A stretch of 64,000 nt of DNA from a virus (Duplodnaviria > Heunggongvirae > Uroviricota > Caudoviricetes): positions 29,721 through 93,720 of the IMG/VR virus record IMGVR_UViG_3300037067_009442; one strand, 5' to 3'. The notes beneath the pieces were generated by a model, which made no database searches, was not told the DNA's origin, and was given only the letters and a program-made list of their open reading frames with translations. This document shows, piece after piece, positions 1-10,192 of the stretch (position 1 is the first letter of the stretch; each line of letters begins with the position of its first letter). A program made the translations under genes and the position numbers.

Positions 1-581
1 CTTGGTTGGGGTCAAGAGGGAAATGGTTACTTGATCACCAGACTCAACGGTTTATCTCCGAGCTCATGGCCTCCACAATCGATAGCAAGACCCTCTGGGG
101 TACCGCGGTCGACTGGAGCATCAATCGTTGCCGATCCTCCTCAAAGCCGAGCTCAGAGTACCACAACGTTAGCCAAGGGGGGTTCGGGTAGGCAAGCTTG
201 CCGTAGAGTACAACATCTTCTGCCCAATGACGCATCTCCACAATCTCGGTTGAGGTCAGATCTTCCCATAGTTGGGTATTCTTGTTTACTCTCATGGTTG
301 GTCCTAAACTCCCGCAGTCAAGCGGTGGTACCTGGAGACTCAGACATTCTGATCTGTTCCTCCAAGAGGTGTTTGTAGTGACGGATCTCGGCGTCAAGGC
401 CTCTGTAAGAGCACCATTTATGATGCCCCTCCATTGATACCTGAATGGTGGTTCGATCACATTCCTTGCAGAACATGTAGAACCGCTTACGTTGGCGGAT
501 CATGCACTCATCCAACCGAACCTCAAGCCTATTGATTCTCCGTTTGATTCGGTCTTTGGCTGGGATGTGGTTGGCTTTCAT

Positions 582-615
582 GATCTATCCTACGTACAAG
601 GGTCTCGAATCTCAA
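582..615 (-). promoter_or_regulatory. Class-1 promoter (TTGAGA-N17-TAGGAT-N5-ATG), gene 318-581
   Basis: Exact motif and spacing. Confidence 0.8.
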
Positions 616-1697
616 CTGACTTTCGGAGTTTCCTTCAACTGAGCTTGAACCTCAGCCTTACTTACTCGACGGCGAACCTTCTTAGAGCCCTTCTTGGCTT
701 CCTCTCGAGTAACCCAGCGAGAGGTGTCACCTTGCATCTCAGTCTTCTTTGCTTTGAGGGCCATGGATCCCTAACTTAGCGCAAGCGGGGCAAATGGCAG
801 TACTCTCTTGTAGGTTGAGGATCCACCCACGCTTACGGGCCTGTCTTCGGCAATCAGAGCCCGTTTCGGCGGTGAATTGTGCAGGTGGGGTGAACTGATC
901 TGTTCCATTGTAGATGGCCACCCTGTTCTTGCACTCAGGAGGGCCATCACAGTAAAGATCCAGGGTGTAGCAACCGACGATCACCTAACCCACCAACTTA
1001 CCATCGACCATGACAGGGACAAGCGTCCCCTCCGGGTAGGGCCCACTATCCAGCCGTACCTTTATGACGAACGCTTTTGACCCGTTCTTCCCAAGTTGGT
1101 CCACTGGAAAGGGCTCATTGTGCGAGGCCTTGTACCCATCGGTAAACTCGATATTCATGACTTCTTGGACTTTCGGCGAGGGGAGCGTGGAGGGAATAGA
1201 TCAGGGAACCGTTCGGTGATGGTCCGAACCACCCCAACAAGGGTGGTATTGGGGTGTGATAAGTCTAGGTAATTACTGGTAACCCCTGGAGTACTCCGGA
1301 AGACCTCCATCTGAAGAGATTCCGCCGTTGGGGCACAGTGAGGGATCTTGACAAGAGTGATAACCCTTGGAGAACCTTGAACTTGAGCGTACAGTCCTAA
1401 GTGGTCAGCCACTGTGTACATAGTGAGCTTGGCTACCTTGTAGTGACCGAGCTCGTGATTAATGTGCTCCATCCAGCCCTTGGCTTCTGCCAAGTAGTTA
1501 CCACTCTTGACATTGGTCTCGAGGACTTTCTGGATGGCCCCTTGCAGTGCTTCTCGAACAGCTTTCTTGTTCTCATCGTAGAGAGTTGAATCCAAGCTTC
1601 CTTTCCGGTCTCGGGTCACCGAGGAAATGTAGCCTAGGATAGAACTCATCTCGAGGAGATGGCGGGCAGCTACTTTGGCGGCTTTCTCAGACTTCAT

Positions 1698-1731
1698 GCT
1701 CTATCCTACGAACGAGGGGGCCAAATCTCAA
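1698..1731 (-). promoter_or_regulatory. Class-1 promoter, gene 1155-1697
   Basis: Exact motif and spacing. Confidence 0.8.
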
Positions 1732-1770
1732 CCAGAAAGGTGAGTATTCTTTACTTGGTGTACTTAGGGT

Positions 1771-2070
1771 ATGCCCACTGGAATGGACGAACTAATAGTC
1801 AGCATCATCGGCACTCATGAGTCTAGGCAAATCAATACCTTACGAGAGGTTGGGTCTGACCGGATCTTAGAGCTTGCCCCTGTCCGGGGCTCCGAGAGGG
1901 CTTCCATTGACCTGAGAATGCCTTCAGGAGCGACTCTGACTATCCCAGTGGAACCTGGAGCTATGACTCAGATCCTGGATGCCTGGAAGGCTGAGGCCAC
2001 TACAGGGGTTGCGGTACCCTCCCCTGAGGTCCCGCGGGCAACCCGGTTCGAACGCATACTTCAGGACTAG
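1771..2070 (+). CDS. PTRFER-tag family protein
   Basis: Ends RATRFERILQD. Confidence 0.75.
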   Translation: MPTGMDELIVSIIGTHESRQINTLREVGSDRILELAPVRGSERASIDLRMPSGATLTIPVEPGAMTQILDAWKAEATTGVAVPSPEVPRATRFERILQD

Positions 2071-2360
2071 TCCTTCTTCGGTCCGTGCTTCCGCTTCCAG
2101 ATGATGAGACTACCGACGTGGACCTCTAAGAAGTTGGACAGGCTATTCAGGTCCGCCGAGTGGTAGTTGATGTACCGAACAATGTCCTTCTTGAGCCATT
2201 CAGGCCAGGATTTGGGTGCCCCAAAGCTTTGGCACTTGGCCTGTAGCTCGAAGGGATCCGGTATCAACGCCTCTTTCTCAGGGGTATGCTCTTCCTCACT
2301 CTCCTCTTCGTCTTCGTCATCTTCGTCCTCGAAATCATCATCATCGTCTAAGTCTGGCAT
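2067..2360 (-). CDS. Small protein with a very acidic N-terminus
   Basis: DLDDDDDFEDEDDEDEEESEEE; preceded by CGGTGTA. Confidence 0.7.
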   Translation of the reverse strand: MPDLDDDDDFEDEDDEDEEESEEEHTPEKEALIPDPFELQAKCQSFGAPKSWPEWLKKDIVRYINYHSADLNSLSNFLEVHVGSLIIWKRKHGPKKD

Positions 2361-2411
2361 GGAGTTCCTTTACACCGTTTCCTAGATAATTGGTGAAAGT
2401 GCAATTCCCGG

Positions 2412-2445
2412 TTGAGATCTGAGAGCCTCGTACGTAGTATCCCTT
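2412..2445 (+). promoter_or_regulatory. Class-1 promoter (TAGTAT variant), gene 2446
   Basis: TTGAGA-N17-TAGTAT-N5-ATG. Confidence 0.75.
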
Positions 2446-2922
2446 ATGAACTCCACCGACCCCCTAGTCATACGCTGCCACGCTCTGTTCAAGAAGCTTG
2501 TTCCTGTCGAAGGTGCTTCACCTACAGTAGAGGGTGAGATGGTTCGGGCCATAAGCCGAATCGGCTACCGTTATTCCAACGACGGTGACTACTTCTATAC
2601 GGGGTACGGCTGTGAGACTGCCGGTTCGGCTCATGCCTACTTGGTCAGGGAGTCTCCTCTCGCTTCTCACTTACACCCCATCCTAGGGGATGCTGTTGGC
2701 AAGACTGATGACGCCTACGAGGCGGTTATCAACAAGGCCTTAGGGGTCATCGTTGCTTACGTCGAGAGTCGTGGAGAGAACACCACCCCGAACACCACTG
2801 ATATGTGGGATGTCGACTCTCTGTTTGAAGACGAAGACGAAGACTTTGAAGACGAAGACGAAGACTTTGATGACGAAGACGAAGACTTTGATGACGAAGA
2901 CGAAGACGAAGACTGTGGTTGA
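2446..2922 (+). CDS. Protein with an acidic repetitive tail
   Basis: Leaderless-type promoter upstream; C-terminal (F(E/D)DEDED)n. Confidence 0.8.
   Translation: MNSTDPLVIRCHALFKKLVPVEGASPTVEGEMVRAISRIGYRYSNDGDYFYTGYGCETAGSAHAYLVRESPLASHLHPILGDAVGKTDDAYEAVINKALGVIVAYVESRGENTTPNTTDMWDVDSLFEDEDEDFEDEDEDFDDEDEDFDDEDEDEDCG
2824..2913 (+). repeat. 21-bp tandem repeat, about 4 copies
   Basis: TTTGA(A/T)GACGAAGACGAAGAC units. Confidence 0.85.
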
Positions 2923-3856
2923 TTATACCTATCACTCCGGTGCCCTAGGGACTAAGTTATGACCAAGACCCCTATGCCTACTCTCCTTCCCAAAGTTGGG
3001 ATGGGTGCAACTGAGGAATTCATTGCCTGCAAGGACCTCCATGCTTACACAATCATTCGAGTGGCTGATAAGCGCTCAATCTTGGTTCAACGAGACAAGG
3101 TAATCACGGAGGAAGGGCAGGAACCAACCTTTGAACGAGACCTCAATGGGGTGGTAAAAGAGGTGACTTTTCGACTAAGTGGTAACTGGGTACTCAAGGG
3201 TCTTACCGCCTCCGGAACTAAGTTCATACTCGGGAAGCGTCAAGAGTACGTTGACCCAACCTTCTGAGAAGCCATCATGCCAGATCCAAAAGTTACCGAG
3301 GAACTCATTGCCTGCAAGGACCTCCTCAAGCAACTCTTCACAGAGGGTTACTTTGAAGAGGATGACCTGACTCTGAGGATGGTCCGGCGGCGTCTAGCAG
3401 CCTGTGATGAAGCCCAGCAGAACCCCAAGACCTTGACGGTAGAGGACTACCAAGCTCAGCAGGGTCAAACCAATCAACGCATCCGACTTATTCTCAAGGA
3501 GAAGCTCGGAGTACAGGCCCCAGGCCACACCCTGAATGAGGCCCTGGACTTCCTTGAGTACGAATGCGGGCAAGTACGGAGTAAGATTGAATACTTAGCA
3601 GGGGAAATACCGTGAAGAGGGCTTACCTAAACTTCTGGTCCGGAACCTACCGAGTCATTGAGTACCCGACTCAACGAACCCTAGCAACCTCCAAGGGACC
3701 TAAATATCCGATCTACAAGGCGAGGAAACTCGGATACTCTGTCCGCCTTTACGGATCAATGTACCAGCAGGGCACTGTATTGAAGCCCTACTAGGAGGTT
3801 ACTATGGCTCAGATCATCGAGGGACTGGACAACGACAGAAAGCCAGGCCCGGAGAG

Positions 3857-5085
3857 TTGCAAGAACCTAACTTCCGGGTCATAATAGGTTCCTTGATCTC
3901 TCTTTCACATAAGATCCGTCTCTACCCTAATAAGGAGGCAATGAAGTACTTGGCCAAGTCGGCCGGTACCTCAAGGTTCGCCTATAATTGGGCATTAGCT
4001 CGATGGAAAGAGAAGTACCTAGCTGGTGAGAAAACTTCAGCTTATGGTCTGGACAAGGAATTCAACGCCCGCAAGGGCTCTGACTTCCCTTGGACCTCCG
4101 AGGTTTCTAAATGGGTGACTCAGAAGGCTATTCAAGATCTTGGTGACTCTTTCAAGCGGTTCTTCAAGAAGCTCTCTAGGTATCCTAGGTTCAAGAAGAA
4201 AGGATCTTCTCACGACTCCTTCTATATCAACTCGAACCACCTAAGGATCTCCGGTAAGTATCTGAAGCTTCCGAAGCTTCAGGGTCATATCAAAATGGCT
4301 CAGACCCTCAGGTTCAAGGACGGTGAGGTTAAATTTGCTGTGATCTCCCGAGATTCCTGTGGGGATTGGTACGCTTCTTTTAGCTTTGAGATCTCAGAAG
4401 GGTCTTATGTCTACCCACACAAGTGCGAAAACCAAGCAGTTGTAGGGGTTGACTTAGGGATCAAAACGTTAGCTACTTGCTCCGATGGTACAAAGTTCGA
4501 GAACCCAAAGCCTTTGGCTCGGGCCCAGCGCAAGCTCCGAAGGAGCCAACGTCGCCTTGCCAGGAAAGTTAGGGGTTCCAAGAACCGAGCCAAAGCGAAG
4601 CTTTTGGTAGCTAGGGTTCATCGGAGGGTAACCAGAGTCAGGTTGGATTCAATCCATAACCTAACTTCTTGGTTGGTCAAAACCTTCCGGTTCATTGGGA
4701 TCGAAGATCTGAACGTTCAAGGGATGATCAAGAACCACAAGCTTGCACGGGCGTTAGCCGATGCAAGCTTCGGTGAGATCCGTCGACAAACCGAGTATAA
4801 GTCGAAGCTATCTGAATCTCATGTAGTGGTAGCTGATCGGTTCTATCCGTCCTCGAAGAGGTGTTCCGATTGTGGAGAAACCCTAGAGAGGCTGGACCTA
4901 TCCGTGAGGGAATGGTCGTGCCCCTCTTGTGGAGTCATTCATGATCGTGATGAGAATGCCTCAACTAACCTAAGACTCGTCGCCGAGAGGTACTCGGAGA
5001 CTATAAACGCTTGTGGAGAAGCTGTAAGGCCTGTGCAACGCCGCAAGGCGGGGCAGAGGCGAGCTTCATTGAAGCAAGAATCAGT
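3857..5085 (+). mobile_element. Stand-alone tnpB element (IS1341-like, no tnpA), copy 1
   Basis: Homology with copy 2 runs from about ATAATAGGTT to ...GAAGCAAGAATCAGT (5085). Promoter-like TTGCAA-N17-CATAAT at 3857-3885. Ends are approximate. Confidence 0.7.
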
Positions 5086-5113
5086 GAATCAGGTAGGAGA
5101 GGTTCTTACTTGA
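3893..5113 (+). CDS. tnpB: TnpB (IS200/IS605 or IS607 OrfB-type) RNA-guided nuclease, copy 1
   Basis: N-terminal HKIRLYPN...RFAYNWAL, RuvC VGVDLG / IGIEDL / DRDENA, CSDC...CPSC zinc finger. Start placed at TTG 3893 by alignment with copy 2. Confidence 0.92.
   Translation: MISLSHKIRLYPNKEAMKYLAKSAGTSRFAYNWALARWKEKYLAGEKTSAYGLDKEFNARKGSDFPWTSEVSKWVTQKAIQDLGDSFKRFFKKLSRYPRFKKKGSSHDSFYINSNHLRISGKYLKLPKLQGHIKMAQTLRFKDGEVKFAVISRDSCGDWYASFSFEISEGSYVYPHKCENQAVVGVDLGIKTLATCSDGTKFENPKPLARAQRKLRRSQRRLARKVRGSKNRAKAKLLVARVHRRVTRVRLDSIHNLTSWLVKTFRFIGIEDLNVQGMIKNHKLARALADASFGEIRRQTEYKSKLSESHVVVADRFYPSSKRCSDCGETLERLDLSVREWSCPSCGVIHDRDENASTNLRLVAERYSETINACGEAVRPVQRRKAGQRRASLKQESVNQVGEVLT
4975..5105 (+). ncRNA. 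Putative omega/reRNA scaffold and guide overlapping the tnpB 3' end (copy 1)
   Basis: Conserved between both copies past the RuvC-III codons, diverging abruptly after AAGCAAGAATCAGT, the usual position of a TnpB omegaRNA. Boundaries inferred. Confidence 0.55.
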
Positions 5114-5759
5114 AACCTAAATGCCAAGCAGCCTCAGGAATGAAGGAGTAAGATGGCACAAGTGGCAATCCTCAAGAAGTGGCACTACAAGAGCCCGGGC
5201 CTCAAGGAGGGTGCCTTACTTTGTGCTCAGATGGTGGTAGATCAGCTCGGTAAGGCAGGGGTGCCTGTTCAAATTCAAGCCGATGATCCTGTGGTTCAGG
5301 TATCCATTGAGAGCCCATTCCACAAGTCCCCCCAGACCAGTTTCATCATCATTGAAGATCCCGAGGCTAAGGGACTTCTCACGGTGAGGTTCGAATCAAC
5401 CCACCTGAACAACGACTTCAACTTGGAACCCAAGCGGGTAGTTCAGAAAAGTACCAAGCAGAGCGCTGACAAATTCGTCGCTCAGGTTGCGAATGAGGCT
5501 AAAGAGCGTTGGGTAGCGGAATCCAAGTATGTAGCCCAACTCAAGACCTCAGACTTCCTCAGGGCCCGAATGGAGGTGGTTGTATCGAACCTCCAAGTGG
5601 AGTACCCTGACTACGCAGACTTCATCGAGGTTGATGAGACTGGCCGGATTGAGTTCCACGCGTCCTTCAGTACCTATGCTGACGCTCAGACCGTTCTTCG
5701 AGCCCTTCGCTCTGGTCGAGTTGTCCTACCGGGTAAAGTCCGGAAATAACAAATCTTGG

Positions 5760-5793
5760 TTGAGATTCAACCCTCTCATACGTAGGATAGATC
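5760..5793 (+). promoter_or_regulatory. Class-1 promoter, ATG 5794
   Basis: Exact motif. Confidence 0.8.
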
Positions 5794-6341
5794 ATGTCGT
5801 ACAGCAAGCTCGGACTCGCCGAACAAGCTCAGACCCTGATGGATCAGGTGGTAATCGAACTCCAGAAGCTTGGTTTGACCGTATCTGTATCTAAGAACGG
5901 AAGGGGGATCTAGTTCTATCCCGAGGCACTGATGATATCTGCTCTGTTCGGGAATCTACTAACAGTAGTGGGTTTCGTAGTTACCCTAGTGGGCACTTGG
6001 AGGTGTGGTTCTACCCCATCTATGAGGAGCTTGAGAACAAGCGAGCCAAGACCCTCAAGGATAGTACTAAGGGATTACTCGCGAAGGTTGTCAGCTCAAT
6101 TCAAGAGCGAGTTGAGTTCATTGATCGGGTCGCTAAGGCTAAGGCTGCGAAGAGGTCCAAGGAAGGATCTCTTCAGGGGGCGGTCCAAGATCTTCGGAAT
6201 AAGTACCCCGCTTACAAGGGAGCTGTTCGAGCTGAACACACCTTCAACAGAGTTGAGATCAAGTTCAACCTCACTGCCGAGAAGGCTGCGAAACTCCTAT
6301 CCTGTCTTGCAGCGGGTGGTTACTTGAGTACTGAGGACTGA
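5794..6341 (+). pseudogene. Frameshifted gene downstream of a class-1 promoter
   Basis: ATG 5794 frame stops at 5911-5913; the -1 frame is open from 5895 to 6341. Confidence 0.55.
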
Positions 6342-6347
6342 TTCGGG

Positions 6348-6381
6348 TTGAGATCTGGGTCCCTCGTACATAGGATAGATC
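6348..6381 (+). promoter_or_regulatory. Class-1 promoter, gene 6382
   Basis: Exact motif. Confidence 0.8.
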
Positions 6382-6852
6382 ATGACCAAAGCTGAACTAA
6401 TCGCGGCACTTGAACCGTTCTCTGACTCGGAGCAGGTGATGATCCTCGACGGGTTCAACGGTGGGGGAAACCCTCGAGAGATCAACCACGGCCCGCAGAA
6501 GCGGATCGTTACCGAAGCTGATGCCGATGACGCGGCCGATTGTGAGGAGTTGATTGGAAAACAAGTCATTATCTTAGGGTATGGGTTCTACTGACCATGC
6601 AAATCCAACTCGAAAGCACCGACGAGATCCTCTATTTCATCTGTATGGTGGGTAGCACCAGTAATATGAAGATCTACGAGCAGTTCGAGGAACACTCCAC
6701 TCGGGAGATTGATATGATCCTGACTGATCTCCTCCGTGACGGGCTCATTCGAAGTGAGGACAACGGGAACTACGTAGTGACACCTGCGAGTGAAGAGCGT
6801 ATTGCAACGTTCCGCAAGACACTACCTCGAACGGTCAGAAAGTAAGTAAGTA

Positions 6853-6888
6853 AGGGCCTCCTGGTCGTGACAGGGGCCCTTCGCTTTT
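6853..6888 (+). terminator. Intrinsic terminator-like hairpin between convergent genes
   Basis: AAGGGCCTCCTG-gtcgtga-CAGGGGCCCTT followed by CGCTTTT. Confidence 0.55.
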
Positions 6889-6893
6889 GTGAC

Positions 6894-8762
6894 CTACTCG
6901 ACTGGAGTTGCTTCAGGGTTTGACGTGTACGACTCCACGGACATCGGGGCAGAGGCAGTGGAAGTGGGTTTACCTAGGCGGTTATGGACTGCTCGCTTGA
7001 GTGCGGTGTGAAGGTGGTAGCGAGGGAGCACTGCCAACGTCAGGGCTTCTTCGGTGAGCTGAGGGAGAGTACTAACCCAATGAGGGGAGCTCGAGTAGTC
7101 CTGGTAGGTGACTACTGCTTCGAGCAAGGTCTGACCCCACCATTGAGTTAGCTCCTCAGTGATGATCTTCCTCGCTGAGGAGTTGTCTGGGTACTGGTCA
7201 ACGAAAAACTTGATCCAGCAAATGAACCCTCGGAAGTCCCCATTGATGAACAAGGTGTTGGTGCAGGGTTCAAACTGAGCTGCCTTGTCTTCCATCTCCC
7301 CTGGAGACCGGGTTCCGTTACGGGAGAACTTCCACAGAACATTCGGTAGGTCGGTAAGGCTAAAGGGTTTTGCTTTATGGCCCTTGGGCTTGAGCTTCCT
7401 TGTCGAACCCAAGTGGGGCTTCCTCTTCTGCTTAGGGCCCGGGGTTGAGTCAGGATCCGAATTGGAACTGGAGTCTATTGGTGCAGGCTCATCTGCATCA
7501 TCCACTTCTTCGGTGCCCGCCGAATCGATTCGATACTTCGAGACATTGAAGAGGCTGAGAACTTCTTCGATTCGGCTCTTGATCGTGGTGGTGTCACAGA
7601 CTTCATCGGTGGACAGGGAGTCAATGAAGTCCTGGAGTTCCTTGGGGAATTTGGTTCGGAACTCGGCTGCCCAATCGTTCCATGGCGGATCTTCCCCATG
7701 AAGAATGAGCTTAGTCCGAGGGGTGTTGGCGGTGATATCCTTTGAGGTAGGTTCAAAGTATAGGACGATCCGATTGAGGCCGTAGAAGATGCCACATTGA
7801 TGGAGCTTGGGGTGGTAGGCCGTAGTAGCCTCTCGAAGATCATAGAGCTCGTTCCTCCAGAGAAGGGCTACGTGACCTCGGTTAAGGTGACTTGGGCCTA
7901 GGGTATCCATCGTGGTTACAGCCTTAGGGGCGCCTGGAGGCTGCCAGGGCTGCCTGAGTACCCCTGTAGACTCAGGCAGGGCCCACCAGTGGACAATGGC
8001 GTCCTTGAGAGCTACCTCCCCCTTGAGGAGGGCTACAGCGTCAAGCATTGGTCCTTGCCCAGTGACTGGGCGAAGACCGCCACCGTCTGACTTAGTGTAT
8101 TCCTGACACTGGATCCGGATGTTGGCGGGGAAGCTGAAGTAGCGAGTATTGAGGTAACGGCGGACCCATTGAGCACCCTTGCTACTAGATCCCTCGGGTG
8201 GGGCACAAGTTGGATCATTCTTTCCCGTACCCATGAGAACGATCTTGGTCCCAGACCCGCTCTTCGCTACATGCTCTGGTTGATCATCGTCTTCAATGTC
8301 AGCTACGTACCCCGACTCGTCCTGACCATCGAAAGACATCAATCCATATCGACCCTTCCGGTCTTGGATCATCTGGATAACCGAGCTATCTCCGTTTTTC
8401 CAGGACATGTAGACCAGTCCGTAGGGGTTCTTCGTGGCGGCGGCAATTTTAGCCCCAATACCGTAGTTGCCGTTAAGGGATTGGCGACCATTACCGTTGC
8501 AGCTCAGGGTATTGATGTAGCGAACCATCTCTTCCCCTGTCATCCCATCCCCATTGTCCGTGATGGAGAGCTTGGGTACCCCACCAGACCAGGAGCTATC
8601 AGATTCCCACACAATGTGGCCCTCAGCTCGACCAGCCCTTCCAATGGCTTCAATGGCATTTTGAGTTAGCTCTCGGACATACTGAAGAGGGGCACAGTCC
8701 CTCCCTAGTAAATCGACCAGAATGCCGATATTATCGACCTTCATCTCCAGAGTTAGGTCCAT
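6894..8762 (-). CDS. GHKL (HATPase_c, Hsp90/MORC-like) ATPase domain protein
   Basis: ELTQNAIEA, DNGDGM and GNYGIGAK Bergerat-fold motifs; 622 aa. Confidence 0.8.
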   Translation of the reverse strand: MDLTLEMKVDNIGILVDLLGRDCAPLQYVRELTQNAIEAIGRAGRAEGHIVWESDSSWSGGVPKLSITDNGDGMTGEEMVRYINTLSCNGNGRQSLNGNYGIGAKIAAATKNPYGLVYMSWKNGDSSVIQMIQDRKGRYGLMSFDGQDESGYVADIEDDDQPEHVAKSGSGTKIVLMGTGKNDPTCAPPEGSSSKGAQWVRRYLNTRYFSFPANIRIQCQEYTKSDGGGLRPVTGQGPMLDAVALLKGEVALKDAIVHWWALPESTGVLRQPWQPPGAPKAVTTMDTLGPSHLNRGHVALLWRNELYDLREATTAYHPKLHQCGIFYGLNRIVLYFEPTSKDITANTPRTKLILHGEDPPWNDWAAEFRTKFPKELQDFIDSLSTDEVCDTTTIKSRIEEVLSLFNVSKYRIDSAGTEEVDDADEPAPIDSSSNSDPDSTPGPKQKRKPHLGSTRKLKPKGHKAKPFSLTDLPNVLWKFSRNGTRSPGEMEDKAAQFEPCTNTLFINGDFRGFICWIKFFVDQYPDNSSARKIITEELTQWWGQTLLEAVVTYQDYSSSPHWVSTLPQLTEEALTLAVLPRYHLHTALKRAVHNRLGKPTSTASAPMSVESYTSNPEATPVE

Positions 8763-8958
8763 GATAGTACAATCCCTTTGGACCCTGACTTTTGTGAGGG
8801 TCCGTATCGGTCACGTTGATGTGGACTTTCCTCGCTTCCTCGCTTTTGGCCGTCCGAGGTGGATTTAGTTGGCCTTTCAGCAAACCTTCCACAGGGACAA
8901 GTCACTAGGGATTCGTCGGGGAACAATGCACCTTACTATCGTGAAGTCAGATTGTCAA

Positions 8959-9483
8959 CTAACCTCTTGACCTTCTCTGAGGAATCTTGGCGGGACCGTG
9001 AGGCTTCCTATCCTTAGAGGTAATGAACCAACTTGACCTTGAGAGATACTTAGTTCCCCTTCCCCAAGCCAGCCAAGCGTCGGTAATCTTCTTGAGATCC
9101 CCTGCGTCAGCCTCATCAACTGGTTCTGCACCGGTGAGGGCCCGAAGGGCCCAGTCCCAATGCTCTAGTTCAATGGTTGGATCATTGAGTCGCTCAAGGA
9201 TGAATGGGATCGCAGGCTTTCCCATGCCAATAATGGCTTGATAGTCCTGATTCAACACGATCTCTGTCAGGGAGGACAGGACCATTGTAGCCTTCTTCCA
9301 AGCCTTCACATGCTTCCTAAAAGACGCCTCAAGGGCTAGGTGACTTACTAGGTCCCGGATCCCCTTGAATGCTTCATCAGGATCCTGAGCTAAGTAACTC
9401 AAGGATGGATAGCTAGTGCAGGTTGCCACGTACTCCCTGTCCTTCTTTGACCACTCAATGGAGTAATTTAGCTTCTTTTCCAT
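8959..9483 (-). CDS. HicB-like N-terminal domain fused to a helical domain
   Basis: YSIEWSKKDREYVATCTSYPSLSYLAQDPDEAFKGIRDLV resembles HicB-type antitoxin N-termini. Confidence 0.55.
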   Translation of the reverse strand: MEKKLNYSIEWSKKDREYVATCTSYPSLSYLAQDPDEAFKGIRDLVSHLALEASFRKHVKAWKKATMVLSSLTEIVLNQDYQAIIGMGKPAIPFILERLNDPTIELEHWDWALRALTGAEPVDEADAGDLKKITDAWLAWGRGTKYLSRSSWFITSKDRKPHGPAKIPQRRSRG

Positions 9484-9574
9484 AAAGCTCTATCTTTATC
9501 CTAACTTAGGTTAAAAGTCCAGTAAAACCCTTGTTCGATAGCCCCTATAACAGCCGGCTCGAAAGGCGGACTCA

Positions 9575-10192
9575 ATGGCCAATGTAGTCAATAGGACAGC
9601 GGTACCACTTCTGATTCTGTACAGTGTCAACACGCCGGACTATCCAGAGTCCGATTGGATCATCAACCCAGACCTGACCATTCTCGAAACGGTACCCATC
9701 AAGTACCTTAAAGTCTCGGGAGATCTGGTCATTGAGATGACCACTGCAGAGAAGGCTGTGGTAGACGCGGCGGAACTTGCTGCGTACAAGACCAAGATAG
9801 TTTCGGACGTCTGCAATGCCCGAGAACGTAAGATCGACTATGGGCAGGGTGCTGAGTACCCTGCCGCATCTGGGACATATCTAGCTTGCACAGATAGAGA
9901 TCAGGGTCGTTGGCTCTATTGGCAATCCATCGGTGGTAAGTGGGCAGCCCTTGGCTTGTCCTACCCCTTCCGAGTACACTCACGAGACGGAAGCACTTAC
10001 GTAGATATTACCAAGTCACAGGACTTCACCGCAGTAATTGAGGCTATCGGTGTGCATGTAGTAAGTCTCTTCAACGAAGCAGAGACAGTAGTACAGAACG
10101 TACTAGCCGCCACAACCATCGCTGGTGTTGACTCTGCCTCGTCCACCTACATCGAGAGTGCCCCTGTTGTCGAAGGCTTCACGGTAACCTAA
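9575..10192 (+). CDS. Hypothetical protein, possibly tail-fibre associated
   Basis: 205-aa ORF with RBS; weak resemblance to tail-fibre assembly proteins only. Confidence 0.35.
   Translation: MANVVNRTAVPLLILYSVNTPDYPESDWIINPDLTILETVPIKYLKVSGDLVIEMTTAEKAVVDAAELAAYKTKIVSDVCNARERKIDYGQGAEYPAASGTYLACTDRDQGRWLYWQSIGGKWAALGLSYPFRVHSRDGSTYVDITKSQDFTAVIEAIGVHVVSLFNEAETVVQNVLAATTIAGVDSASSTYIESAPVVEGFTVT

Noticed and set aside
3857-3892. 12-aa N-terminal extension of TnpB copy 1
   Set aside because: It coincides with the -35/-10 promoter, and copy 2 starts at the equivalent of TTG 3893.
3861-5108. AAGAACCT / AGGTTCTT inverted repeat around tnpB copy 1
   Set aside because: Only 8 bp, not reproduced at copy 2, and tnpB elements do not use terminal inverted repeats.
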